From: Candidatus Omnitrophota bacterium
GTDB taxonomy: Bacteria > Omnitrophota > Gorgyraeia > VGKH01 > JBHPFN01
DNA: 64,000 nt
Direction of reading: 5' to 3'
Assembly: GCA_042571725.1 (NCBI GenBank)
Contig: JBHPFN010000002.1
Location: 14,030 to 78,029 of the forward strand
The translations under genes were made by a program, and so were the position numbers. Below are positions 1 through 7,811 of the stretch, piece after piece. The notes beneath the pieces were generated by a model that saw only the letters and a program-made list of their open reading frames with translations, had not been told where the DNA came from and ran no database searches. How positions within the stretch are numbered: the first letter of the stretch is position 1; each line of letters opens with the position of its first letter.

Positions 1-13
1 AATAGAGCCTAAA

Positions 14-66
14 AACTTAAATAAAGTTAAAAAAAACTTGCAATAAGTTTAACTTTATGCTATACT
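14..66 (+). promoter_or_regulatory. Putative sigma70-type promoter (TTGCAA 38-43, N17, TATACT 61-66) embedded in repeated AACTT/AAGTT half-sites
   Basis: Read directly. The -35/-10 hexamers have a 17-nt spacer and lie about 20 nt upstream of the ATG at 88. A 9-bp inverted repeat AAAGTTAAA (23-31) / TTTAACTTT (48-56) brackets the -35, and there are five AACTT/AAGTT half-sites between 14 and 55. Confidence 0.5.
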
Positions 67-87
67 TGTCTTAAGAAAGGAAAAATC

Positions 88-441
88 ATGAGAATAACAG
101 AATGCCCTTTTTGCAAGGAAAACGTAAGGGTGACAAAGGTCGGATGCATCAAGTGCGGGATCAATTTCGAGGGGGAATTCTATGCAGCGCCGACTATGTC
201 ACTCTCTGAGGAACAGCAGAGTTTTATTGAGTTATTTGTCTTAAGCAGCGGCAGCCTCAAAGAGATGGCCAGCATTCTAGGGGTCACGTATCCTACGGTG
301 CGCACCAGGCTTGATGAGATAATCGAAGACCTCAAGAAAGAAATAGGCAAGCGTGAAAGCTACAAACAGGATATTTTAGAAAAAGTTGAACAGGGAAAAT
401 TAGATCCTGAAAAGGCAGCAGAAATCATTAAAAATTTATAA
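88..441 (+). CDS. DUF2089-type zinc-ribbon + HTH protein with a short SHOCT-like C-terminal tail
   Basis: Intact 117-aa ORF. It has CPFC...CIKC zinc-ribbon cysteines followed by the HTH-like LKEMASILGVTYPTVRTRLDEI, which is the DUF2089 architecture as I remember it. Confidence 0.8.
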   Translation: MRITECPFCKENVRVTKVGCIKCGINFEGEFYAAPTMSLSEEQQSFIELFVLSSGSLKEMASILGVTYPTVRTRLDEIIEDLKKEIGKRESYKQDILEKVEQGKLDPEKAAEIIKNL

Positions 442-451
442 AGGAGGACCC

Positions 452-1525
452 ATGGAAGGTAGAGAAAAAATTAGGCAGTTATTAAGAGAAGGCAAGGTTA
501 ATTCCGATCAAGCCGTAATGCTTCTGCATGCGCTCAAGGAGTCTGAGTCAAGAAGAGAGAAGGTTTTCAAGCAGGTGCTCTCACAGAAGAAGAAGAGAGA
601 AAAAAATAAATGGGGTTTCTTAGGCATGTGGCTTTTGGTGGTGTTTGCTACAGTAATGTTGCTGCTTGCGCTAGGAATCAATCAAGGGATAGGGCAGGAT
701 GCCGGCAAGGCGCTTGTGTATTTTAACCAAGCCAGTAGCGAAATCGAAGGCGGACGTTACGAAGAAGCAATCGATCTTATAAAAAAGGGAACCAGAAAGG
801 CTTCACGGTTTCCTTTAGGCTATACCCTTTTGGGATCAACCTACAGGCTTTTGCAAGAGAGAACCGGGGACGCTTCTCTTATAAAGGAAGAGACCAAGGC
901 ATTTGAAAAGGCACACCACTTGAAAGACAACTACACAAGGAGGTCACAGATGAACACCATAGCGATTTTCTTTGCATGTATTTTTGTATTACTCACCGCA
1001 GGCGTTCTTACATTGATTTTCACATTTTTGTATAATCGCCTGGTGAACAATGAGGAAAGTGTGAATGAGGCCTGGGCACAGCTAAAGACGTTTTATGACA
1101 GGAAGGCTGATTTGATCCCCGCACTTCTGGGGGTAATTAAAAATTACACCACTCACGAGAAGGATACGCTCCAGCACGTGGCACAGGCACGGGCAGATGC
1201 CTCAAAGGTTGTTGACGGAGTTAATCTTGATGCGCTCAAAGAGGCACAGCTGCAAAAGGTCTCCGCTTCACAAAAGACATTGGAAGGGATGTTGGGCAAG
1301 CTCTATGCCGTAGCCGAACACCATCCGGATTTAAAAGCCAATGCCAACTATTTAACCATCCAGCAGCAATTGGAAGAAGCAGAGGATGAGATCGTCAGGG
1401 CGCGCTCACAGTTTAACCGGAGAGTGCGGGCATATAATTCAGCGGTTCGCGGTTTTCCTCTTAATGTGGTAGCCGCATCATTTAAGTTTGCTGCGAAAGG
1501 ATACCTCGGGGAGAAAAAGGCATAA
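452..1525 (+). CDS. Membrane protein: N-terminal SHOCT-like helix, TM, TPR-like segment, TM, C-terminal LemA-family domain
   Basis: AAGGAGG RBS upstream. The C-terminal half carries LemA motifs (NRLV..EE.V.EAWAQL...DLIP.L...HEK.TL..V..AR, HPDLKAN.NY..LQ.QLEE.E..I..AR..FN..V..YN). Two hydrophobic segments are present. Confidence 0.8.
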   Translation: MEGREKIRQLLREGKVNSDQAVMLLHALKESESRREKVFKQVLSQKKKREKNKWGFLGMWLLVVFATVMLLLALGINQGIGQDAGKALVYFNQASSEIEGGRYEEAIDLIKKGTRKASRFPLGYTLLGSTYRLLQERTGDASLIKEETKAFEKAHHLKDNYTRRSQMNTIAIFFACIFVLLTAGVLTLIFTFLYNRLVNNEESVNEAWAQLKTFYDRKADLIPALLGVIKNYTTHEKDTLQHVAQARADASKVVDGVNLDALKEAQLQKVSASQKTLEGMLGKLYAVAEHHPDLKANANYLTIQQQLEEAEDEIVRARSQFNRRVRAYNSAVRGFPLNVVAASFKFAAKGYLGEKKA

Positions 1526-1570
1526 ATGAAAAACGTATTAATCGACATTAAAAAAACAAGGAGGTGTAGG

Positions 1571-2176
1571 ATGAAGGAGCAAGGAAATGTAGCACTAGTA
1601 TTAGTAGCAGTGATTGCATTAGCAGCAATAGGCGGCTTTTTAATCCTTAACTACAACGGGATTGTGAAGCTGGACAAAATCGTTGAGGAATCTCAGGCCC
1701 AGATAGAAGTAGTATGTCAAAGAAGACTGGACCTAATCCCTAATCTGGTTGAGACAGTCAAAGGCTATGCAGCACACGAAAAAGAAACCTTTACTGCCAT
1801 CACACAAGCCAGAAGCCGTGCGCAGGGAGTGTTAGATGGAATAAAGGGAAAAGATTCATTAGTCAAGGAAGATTTTATGGCACTCGCAGCGTCTCAATCA
1901 CAGTTGACCAGTACCCTAAAGAGCCTTTTTGCATTAGTTGAGAACTATCCGGTATTGCAAGCCAGCACCAATTTTTTAGCCTTGCAGGATCAGCTTGAGG
2001 GAACAGAGAATAGGATTTCTGTAACTCGACAGCGCTATAATTCCAGCGTCCGGGGCTATAACACTAAGATCACTATGTTTCCGGGAAATATTGTTGCACC
2101 GATGTTTGGTTTTGAAGAAAAAGGTTATTTTGAAGCCAAGGAAGAAGCTTTGGAGCCTGTCACTATTGGTTTTTAG
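1571..2176 (+). CDS. lemA: LemA family protein (single N-terminal TM)
   Basis: I prefer the internal ATG at 1571, preceded by AAGGAGG at about 1558-1564, over the track start at 1526. LemA motifs are present: RR.DLIPNLVETVKGYA.HEKETF, NYP.L.AS.NF..LQ.QLEGTENRI...R..YN..V..YN. Confidence 0.85.
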   Translation: MKEQGNVALVLVAVIALAAIGGFLILNYNGIVKLDKIVEESQAQIEVVCQRRLDLIPNLVETVKGYAAHEKETFTAITQARSRAQGVLDGIKGKDSLVKEDFMALAASQSQLTSTLKSLFALVENYPVLQASTNFLALQDQLEGTENRISVTRQRYNSSVRGYNTKITMFPGNIVAPMFGFEEKGYFEAKEEALEPVTIGF

Positions 2177-2219
2177 TTTCTAAAAAACACAACAGTCTCT
2201 ATAGCAGGAAGGATCAGCA

Positions 2220-3893
2220 ATGAAAAAAGAACATATCAGTGCAATTATCACCTCGCTCATCGGCATACTCTTAATCAGCGGTGCCTTGGTAATAGCTCGC
2301 AAAGCGTATAGGGGAGAACCTACATTTACGCTGCACGCACGGCCTCCTGGCGAGGAGCTGGTATTTGATTATGCCGGGATAATGGAAGATTACAAAGAAT
2401 CCGTCAACGGGTATTTGGAATCGATAAAAAAGCGGCATTCAATCGAAGGCGTGATTGTAACCGTTGCCTCAACAGAAGAGGCAATGACCGTTGAAGAATT
2501 AGCTGTAGCAATATTCAATAATTGGAAGATAGGCAAAGACACTGATGGTAGAGGTGTGTTGTTGCTGCTGTTAGCGGATCAGAAACAGGTTAAGGTAGAA
2601 GTTGCTCTGGAGCTAGAGGATGTTTTTACCGATATGTTTTGCGGATACATTGAAGACATTCAGCTAAGGCCCTACTTTTTTAGTGGCGATCTGGGCTTAG
2701 GAATGGTGGCGGTAATGGAGGAGCTTGAGAACCGCGCCCAGATAAAACAGAGGGGAGAGTATACTAAAAGCTTCATCGCTGGCTTAGATGAAGAGTTGCT
2801 CTCAGGAGGCGCAGGCGCCAAGAGAGACTTAGCAAAATTCCAAAAGGAAACGGTAGAGGCTGTCGGCTCTCAGTATCCTGCCGGAAAAACTCCCACCGAG
2901 GCTTGGAATACACTTATCCGCGCCTGGCGCGATAAGGTACGCGATCCCAATATCGGGGTCTATTCAGATTTAACCAAGCTAGCCTTTCGCGGATATACGA
3001 ATTCTCCTGATTCCCGCTTTGAGAAGGATTACAAGACATATTTCGGCAAATCCTTTGAGGTCCTCTCCGACGGCACCTACGCGGTTATTTATTTCGGAAA
3101 GAAAAAAGGCTGGGAAAATTCACCCTGGCTAATGCACAACAGCCCTGAGGGTTGGATGTTCGATATTGTCAGCCAGCGCAAATATGTACGCTTCGGCCCA
3201 AGCCCTACCTGGGCAGTTGAGATAACCGATCACCCTTATGTAAACCTGCTTAACCGCTGTCCTTATTATACGGGTATTGATATGCCCCTGGGTAGAGAAG
3301 ATATCTACTATGCCCATCAGGATAAAGAGTATGCCGCACGCATTGTTGCGCTAGAGGCCCGATACGCAGAAAACCCTAATGACTTTGATGTTGCCATGGA
3401 ATTAGGCAGATTGAAAACCATAACAGCCATGCGGCCGCAAGAGGTGTTTTCTGTTTTGAAAAAGGCAAAGCAGCTGAATCCCCAGAGCAGTCAGCCATAT
3501 AAATACATAGCCATCCGTCACGTGGATGCTAATTTTCAATACAAAACAGCCATGCCTGAGATTAAGGAATATATTAAACGAGAGCCAAAAAACCCATTTG
3601 GCTATAAATTTTTAGGCTTCCTTCATTATCAATTAAAGGAATTTGAACAGGCGGTTAAACAATTCAAAAAAGCCCAAGAGATAGAACCAAACAGTCTTTA
3701 TACCTTTTGTAAATTATCACGCTGTTATGCTGAATTGTCATCAGGCCGTGCCACGCTTGACCCGCGAAAGGAAATCGACAAAAATTTAGCGCTCGAGATG
3801 CTTGAGAAGGCAAAGACCCTTTCGTATCAAGGCCCGGGAAGAGTCAGATTGTTGCAACGGTTTTTGAAAAAGAAGAAAATAATTACGCAATAA
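2220..3893 (+). CDS. TPM-domain protein with N-terminal TM, an uncharacterised middle domain and C-terminal TPR repeats
   Basis: TPM/phosphatase-like signature (VFDYAGIM...IEGVIVTV.S......ELA..IFNNWKIGK....GVLLLL....Q.V.VEV...LE). It lies directly downstream of the LemA genes, which is the classic LemA-TPM neighbourhood. TPR-like helices occupy the last ~150 aa. Confidence 0.8.
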   Translation: MKKEHISAIITSLIGILLISGALVIARKAYRGEPTFTLHARPPGEELVFDYAGIMEDYKESVNGYLESIKKRHSIEGVIVTVASTEEAMTVEELAVAIFNNWKIGKDTDGRGVLLLLLADQKQVKVEVALELEDVFTDMFCGYIEDIQLRPYFFSGDLGLGMVAVMEELENRAQIKQRGEYTKSFIAGLDEELLSGGAGAKRDLAKFQKETVEAVGSQYPAGKTPTEAWNTLIRAWRDKVRDPNIGVYSDLTKLAFRGYTNSPDSRFEKDYKTYFGKSFEVLSDGTYAVIYFGKKKGWENSPWLMHNSPEGWMFDIVSQRKYVRFGPSPTWAVEITDHPYVNLLNRCPYYTGIDMPLGREDIYYAHQDKEYAARIVALEARYAENPNDFDVAMELGRLKTITAMRPQEVFSVLKKAKQLNPQSSQPYKYIAIRHVDANFQYKTAMPEIKEYIKREPKNPFGYKFLGFLHYQLKEFEQAVKQFKKAQEIEPNSLYTFCKLSRCYAELSSGRATLDPRKEIDKNLALEMLEKAKTLSYQGPGRVRLLQRFLKKKKIITQ

Positions 3894-3946
3894 CAACACA
3901 ACAATCTTCCCGCGCTTAACGGGAAGGTCACAAAAAGGAGGTTGTA

Positions 3947-6262
3947 ATGAAAAGCCACGGAAAAGCAGCAATGATAGGAGGTGTAGTTGTGCTTCTTGTC
4001 ACGGTCTGCGGCATACTGTTTGCCCAGAGCGCTGATTGGCCAACGTTTCGTAAAGACGCCCAAAGAAATGGCGTTGACGACGGCATCAGCCCTTTTGAAT
4101 TTCCACTTGGGAAAAGATGGAGTCAATTTGTTGATCCGGAAGAAAACGTCAATATTGAGGCCTCTCCGGTCGTAGCGGATAATAAGGTATTTATTGGTAG
4201 CCTTGGTAATTTTGGCCCGAGCTATCCGGATCATCTCTACGTTCTTGATTTGGGAACCGGTGAAATTTTGAAAAGTTGGGGTTCTTCGGATAATGTAGGC
4301 ATGATTTGGGCCACACCAACCTATCACAACGGCAAGGTCTATGTGTTTGATTGGGGAGGCTATATCCACCGCTTAGATGTCAGCGACCCTGATCCGAACA
4401 ACTGGAGCAAGGATTGGGAGCTTCAGATCATTGAGAGCGCCGGAGATATCTCAATGGACTATTTTTGGGTCACCCGAGAAAGAACGTCTCCTTTGATTAT
4501 AGAAGATCCTGTTGACGGTGATAAACTTATCGTTCTAACGCAAGAAATAAAATACGATAGTTATTCTTATGAATTTCTGGAATCAATCGGAAAGATTTTT
4601 TGTGTTAATCCGGATAGTCCTTCAGAAAATATCTGGGGGCCGATTGATATCGGAGAAGTGCATTATTCTTCCCCGGCATATTCAGAGGATAAGTTGATTA
4701 TGACAGGCTATACAATGGTACCCGACGGAGGATATGGACAAGAAGTCGAAGGTACGGTGTATGCCCGGGATATCGCAACGGGAGAGATTATTTGGCAGAA
4801 TATGGTAGCTCCCAATGGAGCTATTGTCTCGACCCCTGCGATTCATAATGGCAAGGTCTATGTGGGCACAAGAGAGGGCTTTGACTCGAAGTTGCACCGT
4901 CTCGATTTAAACACAGGTAATCTTGACTGGTCCATTGCAATAGCTGATTTGCAAATAGAACTATATCCTGATTTAAACGAAATGTGGACATCGCCTACAG
5001 TTGCCTATGGAAAGGTTTATTTTGCATCCTATTCAACGCTTCATTGCGCTGTGGATGGGGATGTTCCATTACCTTGTCCTGGGTGGATACCGTTTAATCC
5101 TGGATTTTTGTTATTCAGCTCGCCCAGTATTTCCAACGGAGTCGTATATATTAGTACAGACGATTACTATTCTGTTGCAGATCCGCCTCGTGAGAATCAG
5201 GCATTGTTTGCGCTTGATGCAAATGATGGAACGGTTATCTGGCAATATCAGGATGCACTGCAACAATGGATTGGTTCAGCCCAGACATCACCGGCCCTGG
5301 CCGAGGGTGCGGTAGTGTTTGCCTCGTATGATGCGCCAGGCGCAAGCGGCGTGTACTGTTTTCAGTCAGGCACTGGTTGCGGGGACGGTGCCATCGGCGA
5401 CGGTGAAGTATGCGATGGCAATTCTCAAGCCTGTACCACTATAGATGGATACGAAGGAACGCAGGATTGCAACAGTGAGTGTTCAGGCTTTGATGAATGT
5501 ATCAGTGACTGGTATTGCGGTGATGGTTTTGTCAATGGTCCTGAGCTATGCGATGGCAATTCTCAAGCCTGTACAACCATCGATGGATACGCAGGTACAC
5601 AAAGTTGTAATGCCGCGTGTACTGGTTTTGACGCATGTACCAGCAACTTGTACTGCGGTGATGGTATAGTAAACGGCAATGAGATATGCGACACTGAAAC
5701 TCAAGCCTGTATAACCATAGATGGATATGAAGGTACGCAAGACTGCAACGGTCAATGTACCGGATTTGATGAATGTATAAGAATCTTCTACTGCGGTGAC
5801 GGATATTGTTCCGGAGCTACACAAGGAGAAGATTGCGCAACCTGTCCGCAGGACTGTTTAGGTGGCCAAGGAGGCATGTGCTCGGCCTGCTGGAAGGGCA
5901 GATGCGATGGTTATTGCAATGAAAGAAAAGAGACATCAGAATGCGCAGATTGCGCCGGGGATTACTGCTGCGGAGACGGAATCTGCAGTTTCGGAGAAGA
6001 TGTGTATAATTGTCAAATAGACTGCGGTTGTGTAAGTGATGCAGACTGCGGCGACGGACAGAGCTGTACCATGGATTTCTGTAATAATGGTATCTGCGAA
6101 AACATCTGGCCGGCGTGCGGATTTGCTGACGGATGTTGCGCATCTGATTGTACTCCGGCTACAGACCCTGACTGCCAAGATTGTAGCGCATGCTTTAAAG
6201 GAGTCTGCGACGGCGAATGTCATCCCAGAAAAGATGGCCCGGGTTGCCCGGATTGCGCATAA
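3947..6262 (+). CDS. Exported PQQ-like beta-propeller repeat protein with a long Cys-rich repeat tail
   Basis: AAGGAGG RBS and a signal-peptide-like N-terminus (GVVVLLVTVCGILFA|QS). Recurrent SP.V.....V.G.....Y..D..TG...W blades are typical of BamB/PQQ-like propellers. The C-terminal ~300 aa hold CGDG...E.CD..(N) Cys-rich repeats resembling the Myxococcus cysteine-rich repeat. Confidence 0.8.
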   Translation: MKSHGKAAMIGGVVVLLVTVCGILFAQSADWPTFRKDAQRNGVDDGISPFEFPLGKRWSQFVDPEENVNIEASPVVADNKVFIGSLGNFGPSYPDHLYVLDLGTGEILKSWGSSDNVGMIWATPTYHNGKVYVFDWGGYIHRLDVSDPDPNNWSKDWELQIIESAGDISMDYFWVTRERTSPLIIEDPVDGDKLIVLTQEIKYDSYSYEFLESIGKIFCVNPDSPSENIWGPIDIGEVHYSSPAYSEDKLIMTGYTMVPDGGYGQEVEGTVYARDIATGEIIWQNMVAPNGAIVSTPAIHNGKVYVGTREGFDSKLHRLDLNTGNLDWSIAIADLQIELYPDLNEMWTSPTVAYGKVYFASYSTLHCAVDGDVPLPCPGWIPFNPGFLLFSSPSISNGVVYISTDDYYSVADPPRENQALFALDANDGTVIWQYQDALQQWIGSAQTSPALAEGAVVFASYDAPGASGVYCFQSGTGCGDGAIGDGEVCDGNSQACTTIDGYEGTQDCNSECSGFDECISDWYCGDGFVNGPELCDGNSQACTTIDGYAGTQSCNAACTGFDACTSNLYCGDGIVNGNEICDTETQACITIDGYEGTQDCNGQCTGFDECIRIFYCGDGYCSGATQGEDCATCPQDCLGGQGGMCSACWKGRCDGYCNERKETSECADCAGDYCCGDGICSFGEDVYNCQIDCGCVSDADCGDGQSCTMDFCNNGICENIWPACGFADGCCASDCTPATDPDCQDCSACFKGVCDGECHPRKDGPGCPDCA
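5378..5791 (+). repeat. Three tandem 138-nt (46-codon) in-frame repeats encoding CGDG-x5-E-x-CD...ACTTIDGY-GTQ-CN..C.GFD.C
   Basis: The TGC of each CGDG starts at 5378, 5516, 5654 and 5792, an exact 138-nt period. Long identical DNA stretches are shared, e.g. tgcgatggcaattctcaagcctgtac at about 5411 and 5549. Confidence 0.9.
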
Positions 6263-6281
6263 ATAGATGAAGCATTGAATG

Positions 6282-6314
6282 TGCGTTCCCGTGGCGTTTC
6301 GCCACGGGAACGCA
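6282..6314 (+). terminator. Perfect 15-bp stem / 3-nt loop hairpin downstream of the propeller gene (terminator-like, no T-tract)
   Basis: tgcgttcccgtggcg-ttt-cgccacgggaacgca, read directly. It starts 20 nt after the stop at 6262. The missing U-tract lowers confidence that it is an intrinsic terminator. Confidence 0.5.
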
Positions 6315-6409
6315 TAGAAGTGGAAAGGGTGAAAAAGGGGAAGCGACACCCAAATGTTCAATAGAGTGGGTGTTGAATTTCGTCTAATGCAAAGGAGGAC
6401 AAAATTCTA

Positions 6410-6778
6410 ATGGAGAAGAAAAGATTAGTTAGCAAAATGTCATTAGTTAGTGCGTTTATAATAGTGATACTGTTCGCACAAAATATATTTGCCGAACCGT
6501 TACCTTTTCCTATACCTAAACCAAAGGTGTCTATCAACGAAGCAATAGACCTTGCGTCAGAATATTTTTATAAAATTGAATCTTTCCCAGATGATGATTT
6601 TTTTAAAAAGAAAGATTTCATTCTTACTTTAGCAAGATACACGCACTATTATGATGATGATTTTCATAGTGAAGGGGCATGGTTTATAGCTTTTGTACAT
6701 CCAGTTGGAACTGATATTACTTATACATATAAAATTAGTAATGATAAAAAAGTAGTCCTTGTTGAACATACAGTATAA
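6410..6778 (+). CDS. Small exported hypothetical protein
   Basis: AAGGAGG RBS and a signal-peptide-like N-terminus (MEKKRLVSKMSLVSAFIIVILFAQNIFA|EP). No recognisable family. Confidence 0.7.
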   Translation: MEKKRLVSKMSLVSAFIIVILFAQNIFAEPLPFPIPKPKVSINEAIDLASEYFYKIESFPDDDFFKKKDFILTLARYTHYYDDDFHSEGAWFIAFVHPVGTDITYTYKISNDKKVVLVEHTV

Positions 6779-6966
6779 AATATATCTTTTCTCCCGCCCC
6801 AAAGTGAAGCGACAATTTATGAACGAAGGGGGAGTGAAACCCCGAACAACGTGAGGGGTAAAGCCTGCCTGCACTCATCGTGCTAGATAGTGAGTGCTGC
6901 ACCTACGAGTGAAAGCAATATGGGTGCTGCCGGCAGGCAGGGAGCAGCTTAAGTAAGGAGAAAGTA

Positions 6967-7440
6967 ATGGGGAAAGTCTATAAGTATTATAATCAACAGG
7001 AAGCATTGAAGATTGAAGCCAGTCTTAAATCTGAAAATATTCCTGTTGAAATCCATTCTTTTGAGAATTGGGGATACGATGGAGTATTTAGACATGAAGT
7101 TGGGATGGGCGAAGTTATAGTCCCTGATGAATACGAAAAAAGGGCTAAAGCTATTATAAGCGAAGTCTTAAAAGAATTTAAGCATACTGCTGAAGATATG
7201 GAATTCAAAATAATTAAACTTAGGCAATCGAGCAAGAGCGTGAATGGATTTCTTGTCTCTGCGGTTATTTCTATTCTTATTGGGTTATCAGTAACAGGGT
7301 ATTCTGTTTTTATTTCTGCTGGTGAGGGTATTATATTTCTTATGGGTTGTCTTATTATTTTTGTTGGTATTGCAATGATTTTTAATTGGAAGAAAGCACT
7401 AAAAGACCGCGAGAAATTGAAGCGGCTTAGCGAGAAGTAA
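6967..7440 (+). CDS. Hypothetical membrane protein; small N-terminal alpha/beta domain (possibly DUF2007-like) plus two C-terminal TM helices
   Basis: AAGGAG RBS. The N-terminal 70 aa are soluble and two hydrophobic helices follow (FLVSAVISILIGLSV, IIFLMGCLIIFVGIAMIF). The family call is weak. Confidence 0.6.
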   Translation: MGKVYKYYNQQEALKIEASLKSENIPVEIHSFENWGYDGVFRHEVGMGEVIVPDEYEKRAKAIISEVLKEFKHTAEDMEFKIIKLRQSSKSVNGFLVSAVISILIGLSVTGYSVFISAGEGIIFLMGCLIIFVGIAMIFNWKKALKDREKLKRLSEK

Positions 7441-7527
7441 ATAAAGGAGCAGTTCAGTCCCCGCCCTTGATTCATTTGGCGGGGCAGTCCCGAACGAAGT
7501 GAGGGATAAATAAGGAGGTAATTAGTG

Positions 7528-7782
7528 ATGGGATTAGAAAAATTAACAGAAATGGAAAGAAAAGAAATTGAGTATTTTAGGAAATCAATTAAAAATTCTG
7601 TTATTGCTGGAGTTATTATGCTTGTTGTAGGTTTTGTCTTACACACGACGGCTATATTGACGAAAAACGCACAGCTGTCAATCGGTACTCCCGTATTAAT
7701 GATTATGGGAACCGTGTTTGCAGTTAGGGCGATGGAAAGCAATAAGTGGATAAAAATTATTGATATACTAACAAAGAATTGA
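7528..7782 (+). CDS. Small two-TM hypothetical membrane protein
   Basis: AAGGAGG lies 9 nt upstream of the ATG at 7528 (the track starts at the GTG at 7525). Two hydrophobic segments. Confidence 0.6.
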   Translation: MGLEKLTEMERKEIEYFRKSIKNSVIAGVIMLVVGFVLHTTAILTKNAQLSIGTPVLMIMGTVFAVRAMESNKWIKIIDILTKN

Positions 7783-7811
7783 TTTTCAGCAATAGTCATA
7801 GAGGAGGCAGG

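Noticed and set aside
1526-1570. 5' extensions of several track ORFs (1526, 7779, 12867, 20391, 27245, 38919, 53949, 56556, 57366, 59845, 63066)
   Set aside because: In each case an internal ATG with a properly spaced AGGAG-type RBS gives a canonical signal peptide, a prepilin-like N-terminus or an ATGA coupling. The extensions run through repeats or upstream genes.
3827-4369. 180-aa minus-strand ORF overlapping the start of the propeller gene
   Set aside because: It is antisense to a well-supported CDS with a strong RBS and signal peptide. It has no RBS or recognisable motifs.
6993-7799. 268-aa minus-strand ORF
   Set aside because: It runs antisense across two plus-strand genes and a repeat-containing intergenic region. 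Its translation is low-complexity and Ile/Ser/Phe-rich, and it has no RBS. It is a shadow ORF of AT-rich coding sequence.
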